Shown here one piece after another: positions 37,358 through 46,967 of a stretch of DNA of 64,000 nucleotides. The notes under the pieces are model-generated. The model saw only the letters and a list, made by a program, of their open reading frames with translations, did no database searches and was not told where the DNA came from. Numbering within the stretch: the stretch's first letter is position 1; every line of letters starts with the position of its first letter. Source of the stretch: Gemmatimonadales bacterium (lineage in GTDB: Bacteria; Gemmatimonadota; Gemmatimonadetes; Gemmatimonadales; GWC2-71-9); NCBI GenBank assembly GCA_049680185.1, contig JBAUHI010000027.1, positions 43,383-107,382 of the forward strand, given 5' to 3'. The position numbers and the translations under genes are program-made.

Positions 37358-37851
37358 ACGCGCCAACCGCCGCCTACCTGCCGGTCTTCACCGGTGCCGC
37401 GCGCCAGGAGCTCGACCGGCTCTTCACCAAGTACCCGACCAAGCAAGCCTGCCTCCTTCCGGCGCTCTGGATGGTGCAGGAGGCCCGCGGCTGGATCAGC
37501 CCCGAGGCGATCGCGGAGGTGGCGGATGTGCTGGGGATCACGCCCGCATATGTACGCGGGGTCGTGACCTTTTATACGATGTACCACACCCATCCGGTGG
37601 GTCGGCACTTCATCCAGGTCTGCACCACGAGTCCCTGCGGGCTCTGCGGTGCGGAGGAGACGCTCAAGGCGATCGTCCGGGAGACCGGCTGCAAGGAGCT
37701 TGGCGCCACCAGCCCCGACGGGCGCTTCACCGTCATCGAGGTCGAATGCCTGGGAGCCTGCGGGTTCCCGACGCCGATCCTCGTGAACGATGACTTCATC
37801 GAGAACGTGACGCCGGAGCGGGTGGCGGGCGTGCTGCAGAGGTACCAGTAA
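37354..37851 (+). CDS. nuoE: NADH-quinone oxidoreductase subunit E
   Basis: 2Fe-2S ligands CTTSPCGLCG...ECLGACG. The GTG start overlaps the nuoD stop. Confidence 0.92.
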   Translation: MNAPTAAYLPVFTGAARQELDRLFTKYPTKQACLLPALWMVQEARGWISPEAIAEVADVLGITPAYVRGVVTFYTMYHTHPVGRHFIQVCTTSPCGLCGAEETLKAIVRETGCKELGATSPDGRFTVIEVECLGACGFPTPILVNDDFIENVTPERVAGVLQRYQ

Positions 37852-39158
37852 TGGGCTATCCGAATCCGAGTCATCCCAAGGAGACCGTCGTCCTGTCGAA
37901 GCACTTCGGCGACGCCGGCGCCCGGTCCTTCACGGGATGGGTGGAGCGGGGCGGCTACGCCGGCTTGAAGAAGGCGCTGGGGATGACCCCCGAGGCCGTC
38001 ATCGAGGTCATCAAGGCGTCGGGCCTCCGCGGAAGGGGCGGGGCCGGGTTCCCGACCGGGCTCAAGTGGTCGTTCATGCCGAAGAACGACGGCAAGCCCC
38101 ACTACCTGATCTGCAACGCCGATGAGTCCGAACCCGGCACCTTCAAGGACCGGGAGATCATGCGCTGGACGCCGCACGCGCTCATCGAAGGGTGTGCGAT
38201 GGGTGCGTACGCCATCGGTGCGGAGACCTGCTACGTCTACATCCGCGGCGAGTTCACCGAGCCGTGGAAGGTCATGACCGACGCCGTCCGGGATGCCTAC
38301 GCCAACGGCGCCCTGGGCGACGACGTGTTCGGCACCGGCACGAAGATCCACGTCGTCCTCCACCGCGGTGCCGGCGCGTATATCTGCGGCGAAGAGACCG
38401 CAATGATCAATTCCCTGGAGGGGAAGCGCGGCAATCCCCGGATCAAGCCGCCCTTCCCGGCGGCTGCGGGGCTCTTTGCCATGCCCACCACGATCAACAA
38501 CGTCGAGACCCTCACGGCGGCGCCGCACATCCTGGTGCGCGGGGCCGAGTGGTACAAGGGATTGTGCAAGGGCAATCCGAAGAGCACCGGCACCAAGTTG
38601 ATCTCGGTCTGCGGGCATGTGCAGCGCCCCGGCAATTACGAGATCACGCTGTGCACGCCGATGAAGGAGCTCATCTACGACATGTGCGGCGGGATGCGGC
38701 CGGGCCGCACGTTGAAGGCGGTCATTCCCGGCGGGTCGTCGGTGCCGCTGATGGATGCCAACGACGTCGAAACCTGCGTAATGGACTATGAGGGTGTCGT
38801 GGCGGCGGGTTCGATGCTGGGGTCCGGCGGGATGATCGTCATGGATGACACCGCCGACATCCCGTATCAGGTCTGGCGTCTGGCCCGCTTCTACGCCCAC
38901 GAGTCCTGCGCCCAGTGTACCCAGTGTCGAGAAGGTACGGCCTGGACGGTCAAGGTCCTGGAGCGGATCCTCAAGGGGGAAGGGCGCGACAGCGATATCC
39001 AGCTCCTGCTCGACCTCGCGCGCAACATGACCGGCACGACCATCTGCGTCCTCTCCGACTCCTGCGCGGCCCCGGTGGTGAGCGGGCTCCAGAAGTTCCG
39101 CGGGGAATTCGATGCATACCTGAGCCGCCGGCGTCAGCCGGCGCTCGCCTCCGTATGA
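37851..39158 (+). CDS. nuoF: NADH-quinone oxidoreductase subunit F
   Basis: GLRGRGGAGFPTG, NADESEPGTFKDR, ESCAQCTQCREG. Confidence 0.96.
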   Translation: MGYPNPSHPKETVVLSKHFGDAGARSFTGWVERGGYAGLKKALGMTPEAVIEVIKASGLRGRGGAGFPTGLKWSFMPKNDGKPHYLICNADESEPGTFKDREIMRWTPHALIEGCAMGAYAIGAETCYVYIRGEFTEPWKVMTDAVRDAYANGALGDDVFGTGTKIHVVLHRGAGAYICGEETAMINSLEGKRGNPRIKPPFPAAAGLFAMPTTINNVETLTAAPHILVRGAEWYKGLCKGNPKSTGTKLISVCGHVQRPGNYEITLCTPMKELIYDMCGGMRPGRTLKAVIPGGSSVPLMDANDVETCVMDYEGVVAAGSMLGSGGMIVMDDTADIPYQVWRLARFYAHESCAQCTQCREGTAWTVKVLERILKGEGRDSDIQLLLDLARNMTGTTICVLSDSCAAPVVSGLQKFRGEFDAYLSRRRQPALASV

Positions 39159-40735
39159 GCGCCATGCCCCAGGATCTCGTTTCCGTCACGATCGACGGAC
39201 GTCAGGTGAGCGTTCCGAAGGGGACGCCCATCATCGAGGCGGCCAAGCAGGCCGGCGTGCTGGTGCCGCACTATTGCTACCACCCGTCGTTGCCGAGTCC
39301 GGCGGTGTGCCGCATGTGCCTGGTGGAGGTGGAGAAGGCGCCCAAGCTCATGCCGGCCTGCGTCACCGCGGTCGCCGAAGGACAGGTGGTGCACACCCAG
39401 GGCGCCGCGGCCAAGAAGGCGCGCGAAGGGGTGCTCGAACTGCTCCTCATCAACCATCCGCTCGACTGCCCCATCTGCGACCAGTCGGGGGAGTGCGAGC
39501 TCCAGGACTACACCTTCCAGGAAGGGCGCGCCGCGGGACGCTACGCCGATTACCCGAAGCGGTTCAACCCGGTCGAGGATTTCGGACCCGACATCCTGTA
39601 TGTCGTCAATCGGTGCATCCTCTGCACCCGCTGTGTGCGCTTCATGGAGGACGTGGCCAAGGACGCGATCCTCAACATCTCGGAGCGGGGCGATCGCGCC
39701 TGTGTCGGCATCGATCCGGCACACGCTCTCGACCATCCGTGGGCCGGCAATGTGGTCGACTTGTGCCCGGTCGGGTCGCTCCTCTCGAAGGACTTCCTGC
39801 ACAAGGCCAGGGCGTGGGATCTCGACAAGACCGCCAGCGTGTGCACCGGGTGCAGCCAGGGGTGCAACACGACGGTCGACACCCGCGACGACGTCGTCGT
39901 CCGGCTGCGGCCACGTCCCAACCTCGATGTCAATCGCCACTTTATCTGCGACACTGGCCGGCTGGACTATCGTTGGATGAATCGCGGCGACCGGGTCGAG
40001 GCCCCCCTCATCCGGGACGGCCAGAAGCTTGCCGCCCGCGACTGGCCGGCGGCCTTCGAGCAGGTCGGCCAGCTCGTCGAGGGCGCCAAGGGCTCGGTGG
40101 TGGTCCTCGCCAGTGGTCGCGCCTCCAACGAATCGCTCGGAGAGGTGCGGGGTCTCCTCGAGGGACGCTCGGTGACCGCCGCGATCCGGGTGCCGATGGG
40201 TGAGACCGAGGCGCCGCTCGTCGGAGTGCCCGACCTGGCACTGCGCAAGGAGCGCGCACCGAATGGCGCAGGTGGCCGCCTGCTCGGTTATTCCGCGTCC
40301 TGGGACGCGGCGCTCACGGCGTGCGCCGGTGCGGCACTGGTGCTGGTGATCGATGTCGAGTTGAGCGATGCCGAGCGCGCCGCGGTGTCCAAGGCGGGGG
40401 CGGTCATTGCGCTGGCGAGCGTGGACCAGGGATTCGACGGCTGGGCCACGGCGGTGCTTCCCGTCACCACCACGGTGGAAGAGAGCGGCACCTTCACCAA
40501 TCGCGATGGTCGGGTGCAGCGCTTCTGGCCGGCACGGTCGGCACCAGGGATGGCGCGGCCGGCCTGGTGGGTGGCGGCGGAGTTGCGGTCGGTCGTGAAC
40601 GGGCGGCAGGTGCCCGCGAACGCCGATGCCGCGTTCGCGGCGCTGGCGGCATCGGTGCCAGCCTTTGCCGGGATGAGCTATGCCGACCTTGGCTTCACCG
40701 GCCGCCGGGTGGAACCGGTCGGGGCGGTACGGTGA
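39155..40735 (+). CDS. nuoG: NADH-quinone oxidoreductase subunit G (short form, 526 aa)
   Basis: 2Fe-2S CYHPSLPSPAVCRMCLVEV, HPLDCPICDQSGECELQD, CILCTRCVRF, CTGCSQGCN. The C-terminal molybdopterin-oxidoreductase-like part is reduced. Confidence 0.9.
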   Translation: MSAMPQDLVSVTIDGRQVSVPKGTPIIEAAKQAGVLVPHYCYHPSLPSPAVCRMCLVEVEKAPKLMPACVTAVAEGQVVHTQGAAAKKAREGVLELLLINHPLDCPICDQSGECELQDYTFQEGRAAGRYADYPKRFNPVEDFGPDILYVVNRCILCTRCVRFMEDVAKDAILNISERGDRACVGIDPAHALDHPWAGNVVDLCPVGSLLSKDFLHKARAWDLDKTASVCTGCSQGCNTTVDTRDDVVVRLRPRPNLDVNRHFICDTGRLDYRWMNRGDRVEAPLIRDGQKLAARDWPAAFEQVGQLVEGAKGSVVVLASGRASNESLGEVRGLLEGRSVTAAIRVPMGETEAPLVGVPDLALRKERAPNGAGGRLLGYSASWDAALTACAGAALVLVIDVELSDAERAAVSKAGAVIALASVDQGFDGWATAVLPVTTTVEESGTFTNRDGRVQRFWPARSAPGMARPAWWVAAELRSVVNGRQVPANADAAFAALAASVPAFAGMSYADLGFTGRRVEPVGAVR

Positions 40736-41988
40736 GCGACGTCCTGGCCCTCCTCACCCCGGAGATGAAGGGGTTCCTGCTCGTCACCGTGGCCAAGCTG
40801 CTGCTGGTGTTCACCATCGTGCTGGTGGGTGTGGCCCTCCTCACGTTGATGGAGCGGAAGGTCTCGGCCTGGATGCAGAACCGGATCGGGCCCAACCGGG
40901 TCGGGAAGGCCGGGCTCCTCCAGCCCGCAGCCGACGGACTCAAGAACATCCTGAAGGAAGAGACCCTTCCGAAGAGCGCCAACCCGGTCGTCTTCACACT
41001 GGCGCCGGCGCTGTCGTTCATCCCGGCGCTCACCCTCTCGGCGGTCATCCCGTTCGCGGCGCCGATCCCGGCGTTCCAGTTCCACCTCGGGTTCCTGGGC
41101 GAGTTCGTGTACGCCGGGGGGATGCCGAGCGTGGTGGCGGACCTGCCGATCGGGTTCCTGTTCGTGCTGGCCATCAGTTCCCTGGGCGTCTACGGCATCG
41201 CGCTGGCGGGCTGGAGTTCCAACAGCAAGTACTCGCTCCTCGGCGGGCTCCGCGCCAGCGCCCAGATGATCTCCTACGAGGTCGCGATGGGTCTGAGCCT
41301 GGTGCCCATCCTGCTGCTGTCGGGGAACGTCTCCTTCACCAAGATCATCGCCGACCAGCAGGGAAGCCTCCTCAATTGGTATGTGTTCCCGCTCTTCCTC
41401 TCCTTTTTCGTCTTCCTGGTGTCGGGCTTCGCCGAGACCAATCGGCTGCCGTTCGACCTGCCGGAGGCGGAATCGGAGTTGATCGCCGGGTACCACACCG
41501 AGTATTCCGCGATGAAGTTCTCGATGTTCTTCATCGCCGAATACGCCAACATGGTGACCGTGTCCGCGATGGTGTCGACCCTCTTCTTCGGTGGCTGGGA
41601 CATCCCGTTCACCCACTGGGACGAACGGGCAGGGTGGATCCAATTCGTGGCGACCGGCGCGTTCTTCTTTGCCAAGCTGATGTTCTGGCTCTTCTTCTTC
41701 ATGTGGATCCGCTGGACCTTGCCGCGCTTCCGGTATGACCAGCTGATGGCGCTGGGCTGGAAGGTGCTCCTCCCCATCTCGCTGGCGTATGTGATGCTGG
41801 TGGCAGGGACGGTCTACCTCGGCACCGACGTGTTGCAGCTGGCGGCGCGCGGGGTCACGGCGCTGCTCATCATCCTGAGTGTGCTGGCCGGTGGTGTCCT
41901 CTTCTATATCCTTGATCGTGGCGCCATCGTCAGCGGCCGCCGGGCACGACCCGGCCTGTCGGCGACCGCCAGGGCGGTGAGGTCCTGA
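40732..41988 (+). CDS. nuoH: NADH-quinone oxidoreductase subunit H
   Basis: LMERKVSAWMQNRIGPNRVG, AETNRLPFDLPEAESELIAGYHTEYS. The GTG start overlaps the nuoG stop. Confidence 0.95.
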   Translation: MSDVLALLTPEMKGFLLVTVAKLLLVFTIVLVGVALLTLMERKVSAWMQNRIGPNRVGKAGLLQPAADGLKNILKEETLPKSANPVVFTLAPALSFIPALTLSAVIPFAAPIPAFQFHLGFLGEFVYAGGMPSVVADLPIGFLFVLAISSLGVYGIALAGWSSNSKYSLLGGLRASAQMISYEVAMGLSLVPILLLSGNVSFTKIIADQQGSLLNWYVFPLFLSFFVFLVSGFAETNRLPFDLPEAESELIAGYHTEYSAMKFSMFFIAEYANMVTVSAMVSTLFFGGWDIPFTHWDERAGWIQFVATGAFFFAKLMFWLFFFMWIRWTLPRFRYDQLMALGWKVLLPISLAYVMLVAGTVYLGTDVLQLAARGVTALLIILSVLAGGVLFYILDRGAIVSGRRARPGLSATARAVRS

Positions 41989-42494
41989 TGGCCATTGGAA
42001 TCAAGGTGCTCCCGCGCCCCGAGCGCGAGGTGAGCTACGTGCGGGCCACCCTCAAGGGGATGGCGCTCACCTTCAAGCACATGTTCCAGCCGGCGGTCAC
42101 GATGCAGTATCCCGAGCATCGGAGCACTGACGACTGGCGCATCAGCACCCGGTGGCGGGGTACCCACCGGATGCTCACTGACGAGCAAGGGCGCTCGAAG
42201 TGTGTGGCCTGCGGGCTCTGTCCCCAGATCTGTCCGGCCAACTGCATCAAGTTGGTGCCCGGCGAGGATGAGAATGGGGACCGCTACCCGCTGATCTACG
42301 AGATCGACGAGTTCCGCTGTGTGTTCTGCGGATACTGCCAGGAGGTCTGTCCCGAAGAGGCCATCCACGTCGGCGTGCATTACGAGAACTCGGAGTACTC
42401 ACGGGATCGCTTCGTGTACGACCACGAACGCCTCACGTCACAGGTCCACTCGGTGTCCACGCTCTGGGACCCCAGCGACCCGCGGGGCGAGTGA
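41988..42494 (+). CDS. nuoI: NADH-quinone oxidoreductase subunit I
   Basis: Two 4Fe-4S motifs, CVACGLCPQICP and CVFCGYCQEVCP. Confidence 0.95.
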   Translation: MAIGIKVLPRPEREVSYVRATLKGMALTFKHMFQPAVTMQYPEHRSTDDWRISTRWRGTHRMLTDEQGRSKCVACGLCPQICPANCIKLVPGEDENGDRYPLIYEIDEFRCVFCGYCQEVCPEEAIHVGVHYENSEYSRDRFVYDHERLTSQVHSVSTLWDPSDPRGE

Positions 42495-42498
42495 GCCG

Positions 42499-43056
42499 AT
42501 GACCCAGGCCGTCTTCTGGTTCTTTGCCGGTATCGCCGTGCTCTCGGCGCTCCTGTGCATCGTGCAGCGGAGTGTCGTCTCGGCGCTGCTGTGGCTGGTG
42601 GCCACGATGTTCGCGCTCGCCGCGATCTTCATCCTGCTGAACGCCCAGTTCCTGGGGGCCATCCAGGTCCTGGTGTATGCCGGCGCCATCCTGGTGCTCT
42701 TCCTGTTCGTGATCATGCTGCTCAACGTCGGGCATGCCGCCCGCGACCTGCGGGCCTGGCCGGTGTGGCTGCTCGCGGTGATGATCGTCTCGGCGCTCGG
42801 CGCCACGCTGCTCAAGCTGGCCGACTACACCCCGGGGCGGCTGGCCGAAGAGGTCATCGGCGGCCCGATCGGCGCCGACCCGACGCAGGTCTTTGCGCCG
42901 GGCGCGGCCGTGGCCGGGCAGGTGGCCGCGCACGGCGTCGTGGGTGCGGTGGCGGCACCGCTCTTCCAGCAATGGCTGGTGCCGTTCGAGCTCACGTCGG
43001 TGCTGCTCCTGGCGGCCATCGTCGGCGCCGTCGTCCTCGCCAAGCGGAAGCTCTGA
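42499..43056 (+). CDS. nuoJ: NADH-quinone oxidoreductase subunit J
   Basis: Hydrophobic 185 aa. [25 protein letters not shown]. Position in the operon. Confidence 0.9.
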   Translation: MTQAVFWFFAGIAVLSALLCIVQRSVVSALLWLVATMFALAAIFILLNAQFLGAIQVLVYAGAILVLFLFVIMLLNVGHAARDLRAWPVWLLAVMIVSALGATLLKLADYTPGRLAEEVIGGPIGADPTQVFAPGAAVAGQVAAHGVVGAVAAPLFQQWLVPFELTSVLLLAAIVGAVVLAKRKL

Positions 43057-43058
43057 CC

Positions 43059-43364
43059 ATGGCACCCTCACTGCTGGGCCCGTCGCTCGCCGTATCGGCG
43101 GTGCTCTTCTGCATCGGTGTCGCGGGCGTCCTGATCCGCCGCAACGCGATCATGCTGTTCCTCTGCATCGAGTTGATGCTCAACGCCGTCAACCTGGCGT
43201 TCGTGGCGCTCAGCCAGCTGCATGGCCTGGGCGGGCAAGTGATCGTCTTCTTCGTGATGACCGTGGCGGCGGCGGAAGCGGCCGTAGGGCTCGCGATCAT
43301 CCTCGCCGTGTTCCGGCACTCGGAATCGGTCGACCTCAAGAACATCAACCTTCTGCAGGGCTGA
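43059..43364 (+). CDS. nuoK: NADH-quinone oxidoreductase subunit K
   Basis: 101 aa, 3 TM helices, [27 protein letters not shown]. Confidence 0.93.
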   Translation: MAPSLLGPSLAVSAVLFCIGVAGVLIRRNAIMLFLCIELMLNAVNLAFVALSQLHGLGGQVIVFFVMTVAAAEAAVGLAIILAVFRHSESVDLKNINLLQG

Positions 43365-45376
43365 TGCTCCCTCTGCTCCAGGTCGCCGCGGTACCGACCG
43401 GCGGCGCCGCCCTGCACTGGGCGCCCTACGTCATCCTGCTGCCGTTGCTGGGGTTCCTGGCGAACGGTGCGCTGGCGCTGTGGGCGCCCAGGGCCAAGCG
43501 CGCCGTGTCGATCATCGGCCCCGGAGTGCTGATCGCGTCCTTTGCCGTGGCGGTCGCCATCGTCAAGGCCGTGCACGATACCGGGCTCATCGTTCCGCAG
43601 ATCACGACGCTGTGGAATTGGATGCCGGTCGGCACCCTGCAGGTGACGTTCTCGACCCAGGTGGACCAGCTCTCGTCGGTCATGCTGTTGGTGGTCACCG
43701 GCGTCGGAAGCTTGATCCACATCTACAGCATCGGGTACATGCGGTCAGATGATGGGTACGCCCGCTTCTTTGCGTACTTGAACCTGTTCGTCGCGGTCAT
43801 GCTGGTACTGGTGCTGGGGGCCAGCATGCCGGTCATGTTCATCGGGTGGGAAGGGGTCGGCCTCTGCTCCTACCTGCTGATCGGTTTCTGGTTCACGGAC
43901 AAGGCCAATGCCGACGCCGGGAAGAAGGCGTTCCTCGTCAACCGCATCGGTGACGTCGGATTCCTGTTGGCGATGTTCATCACGTGGCACGCACTGGGGA
44001 CACTCGACTTCGGGCAGATCTCGGCACTCGCGCCGAGCCGGTTCTCGATGAACGGGGCGGTGGTCACCGCCATCACGCTCTTCCTGATCCTTGGCTGCGT
44101 CGGCAAGTCGGCCCAGATCCCGCTCTACACCTGGCTCCCGGACGCGATGGCCGGCCCGACGCCGGTGTCCGCCCTGATCCATGCCGCCACGATGGTCACC
44201 GCCGGCGTCTACCTGGTGGCCCGCACCAACGCGCTCTTTGCCCTGGCACCGTTCTCGAGCACGGTGCTCGCGGGCATCGGTGCCGTGACGGCGCTCTTCG
44301 CCGCGACCATCGGCCTCCGACAGTACGACATCAAGAAGGTGCTGGCCTATTCGACCGTATCGCAGCTGGGCTACATGTTCCTGGCCGTTGGGACCGGTGC
44401 CTATGTGGCCGGCATCTTCCACCTGGCGACCCACGCGTTCTTCAAGGCCCTCCTCTTCCTCGGCGCCGGCAGCGTGATTCACGCGATGCACCACGCCTAT
44501 CACACCACCCATAACCACGCCGACGCGCAGGACATGCGGAACATGGGCGGACTTGCCGCCAAGATGCCGTGGACCGCGGCGTTGATGGGGATCGCCACGC
44601 TGGCCATTTCCGGGGTGCCCCCCTTCGCGGGGTTCTTCTCCAAGGACGAGATCCTTGCCGCGGCATTCGCGCGTGGGGCGGAAGAGCCGGCGTTCTATGT
44701 CTTCTGGGCGTTCGGGATCCTCGCGGCGCTCTGCACGGCGGTGTACATGGCCCGCCTGATGGCGATGACGTTCTTCGGGGAGAACCGGACCGGCACGCAG
44801 GAGCGCGAGCACCTGCACGAGGCTCCGTGGACGATGACCGGTCCGTTGCTGGTGCTGGGAGTGCTGAGCGTCATCGGCGGGGCGCTCAACCTGCCGGCGC
44901 TCTTTGGCGGCCACCTCGGGCTGGCCCACTGGCTGGCACCGGTGGTAGCGCCCGGCGCGCAGTATCGCGGCGTCGAGGAGCTGCACGGATCCGTGGAATA
45001 CATGTTGCTCTCCGTGGCGGTCGCGGTGGCCGTCATCGGGCTGTTCCTCGGCTGGCGGATGGTCAAGGCCACCGAGATCGTGTCCCCCGAGTTGGCACCG
45101 CCGGAGCGGGGCATCGCGTCGCTCCTTTACCACAAGTACTATGTCGATGAGATCTACGACGCGCTGGTGGTCGCCCCGCTGGTGTGGTTCTCCGAGCGGA
45201 TCCTCTGGAAGGACATCGACCAGGGCCTGATCGACGGCGCCGCTGTCAACGGCTCATGGAAGCTCGCGCGGGCGTTCGGGTGGCTGGGCAGCCAGCTGCA
45301 GACGGGCCAGGTCGGTGTCTACCTCGTGCTGTTCCTCGCCGGGGTCCTGTATCTCCTCCACACCGTGGTCCGGTAA
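43364..45376 (+). CDS. nuoL: NADH-quinone oxidoreductase subunit L
   Basis: 670 aa antiporter-like subunit. GWEGVGLCSYLLIGFW, KSAQIPLYTWLPDAMAGPTPVSALIHAATMV. Confidence 0.95.
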   Translation: MLPLLQVAAVPTGGAALHWAPYVILLPLLGFLANGALALWAPRAKRAVSIIGPGVLIASFAVAVAIVKAVHDTGLIVPQITTLWNWMPVGTLQVTFSTQVDQLSSVMLLVVTGVGSLIHIYSIGYMRSDDGYARFFAYLNLFVAVMLVLVLGASMPVMFIGWEGVGLCSYLLIGFWFTDKANADAGKKAFLVNRIGDVGFLLAMFITWHALGTLDFGQISALAPSRFSMNGAVVTAITLFLILGCVGKSAQIPLYTWLPDAMAGPTPVSALIHAATMVTAGVYLVARTNALFALAPFSSTVLAGIGAVTALFAATIGLRQYDIKKVLAYSTVSQLGYMFLAVGTGAYVAGIFHLATHAFFKALLFLGAGSVIHAMHHAYHTTHNHADAQDMRNMGGLAAKMPWTAALMGIATLAISGVPPFAGFFSKDEILAAAFARGAEEPAFYVFWAFGILAALCTAVYMARLMAMTFFGENRTGTQEREHLHEAPWTMTGPLLVLGVLSVIGGALNLPALFGGHLGLAHWLAPVVAPGAQYRGVEELHGSVEYMLLSVAVAVAVIGLFLGWRMVKATEIVSPELAPPERGIASLLYHKYYVDEIYDALVVAPLVWFSERILWKDIDQGLIDGAAVNGSWKLARAFGWLGSQLQTGQVGVYLVLFLAGVLYLLHTVVR

Positions 45377-45382
45377 AGGCCC

Positions 45383-46963
45383 ATGACCGAATTCCTCGCC
45401 GTCATCGGCTACGGCCAGTGGATCCTCCACGCGCTGATCCTGCTGCCTCTCGTGGCGGTGGTGCCCATCCTGCTGGTGCCGCCCGCGCGGGCCCGGCAGG
45501 TGGCATTCTGGTTCTCGTTGGTGGAGTTCGTGCTCTCGCTCGGGCTCTGGTGGGCCTTCGACCCGCACGCCGGCGGGATGCAATTCGCATCAGTGACGAC
45601 CTGGATCCCGCGGTACGGGATCGCCTATCGGGTGGGCATCGACGGCCTCTCGCTCGTCCTGGTCCTGCTCACGACCGGGCTGCTGCCGCTCTGCGTCCTC
45701 TCGAGCTGGCACTACATCGCGCAGCGGCAGCGCGGCTACTACGCGTTCCTGATGACGCTCCTCACCGGGATGCTCGGCGTCTTCATCAGCCTCGACCTGT
45801 TCGTGTTCTATGTCTTCTGGGAACTGATGTTGCTGCCGATGTATTTCCTGATCGGCATCTGGGGCGGGCAGAACCGGCTCTACGCCACGCTCAAGTTCTT
45901 CGTGTACACGTTCATCGGCTCGCTCCTGATGCTCGTGGCCATCCTGGTGATGGTGGTCCACACCAGCAACGTGACGGGCCTGATCACGTTCTCCTATGAT
46001 GACCTGCTGGCCAACGTCGCCACGCTCGGTGCCGTCAAGCCGTGGCTCTTCGGCGCCTTTGCCCTCGCGTTCGCCATCAAGGTCCCGGTCTTCCCGTTCC
46101 ACACCTGGCTGCCCGACGCCCACGTCGAAGCGCCCACCGCCGGCAGCGTGCTTCTGGCGGCCGTGCTCCTCAAGATGGGGACCTACGGCTTCCTGCGGTT
46201 CGCCATCCCATTCTTTCCGGATGTGGCGTTGTCCCCCGCGGTCACTGCGGTGGTCCTCCCGCTGGCCGTGGTCGGCATCATCTACGGCGCCCTGGTGGCG
46301 ATGGTCCAGCCCGATTTCAAGAAACTGGTCGCGTACTCGTCGGTGAGCCACCTCGGCTTCGTCATGCTGGGCATCTGGGCCTGCACCCTGCAGAGCGTGC
46401 AGGGCGCGGTCATCGTCATGTTGAGTCACGGTCTCTCGACCGGTGCGCTCTTCTTCATCATCGGGATGCTCTACGAGCGCCGGCACACCCGCCTCATCGG
46501 GGCGTTCGGCGGGCTGGCCCGGGTCATGCCGGTCTTTGCGGCCCTCTTCACTGTCGTCGCCTTCGCCTCGATCGGGTTGCCGGGCACCAGCGGGTTCATC
46601 GGCGAGTTCCTGGTCCTGCTGGGGAGCTTCGGCCGCTACCCGGTCGCGTCCTCCATCGCCGTCACGGTGGTCATCTTCGCCGCTGGATACCTCCTGTGGG
46701 CGCTGCAGCGGATCATCTATGAAAAGCTCGACAAGCCCGAGAACGAGAAACTGAAGGACCTGTCCTTCCGGGAGTTCATGGTGCTGGCACCGCTCGTCGC
46801 GGGGATCCTGTGGATCGGTCTCTACCCCGCGCCGATCTTGCGGCGCGTGGAGCCTGCCGCCCGGCGCTATCTCGAGCTGGCGGCACCGGCCGCAACCCGG
46901 GCGCCCGTGTACGTCGTACCCGCCGCGCCGACCACCGCGACCCCGCCGACCGGGACGAGGTAG
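45383..46963 (+). CDS. nuoM: NADH-quinone oxidoreductase subunit M
   Basis: FYVFWELMLLPMYFLIGIWGG, FPFHTWLPDAHVEAPTAGSVLLA. Confidence 0.95.
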   Translation: MTEFLAVIGYGQWILHALILLPLVAVVPILLVPPARARQVAFWFSLVEFVLSLGLWWAFDPHAGGMQFASVTTWIPRYGIAYRVGIDGLSLVLVLLTTGLLPLCVLSSWHYIAQRQRGYYAFLMTLLTGMLGVFISLDLFVFYVFWELMLLPMYFLIGIWGGQNRLYATLKFFVYTFIGSLLMLVAILVMVVHTSNVTGLITFSYDDLLANVATLGAVKPWLFGAFALAFAIKVPVFPFHTWLPDAHVEAPTAGSVLLAAVLLKMGTYGFLRFAIPFFPDVALSPAVTAVVLPLAVVGIIYGALVAMVQPDFKKLVAYSSVSHLGFVMLGIWACTLQSVQGAVIVMLSHGLSTGALFFIIGMLYERRHTRLIGAFGGLARVMPVFAALFTVVAFASIGLPGTSGFIGEFLVLLGSFGRYPVASSIAVTVVIFAAGYLLWALQRIIYEKLDKPENEKLKDLSFREFMVLAPLVAGILWIGLYPAPILRRVEPAARRYLELAAPAATRAPVYVVPAAPTTATPPTGTR

Positions 46964-46967
46964 CGAC

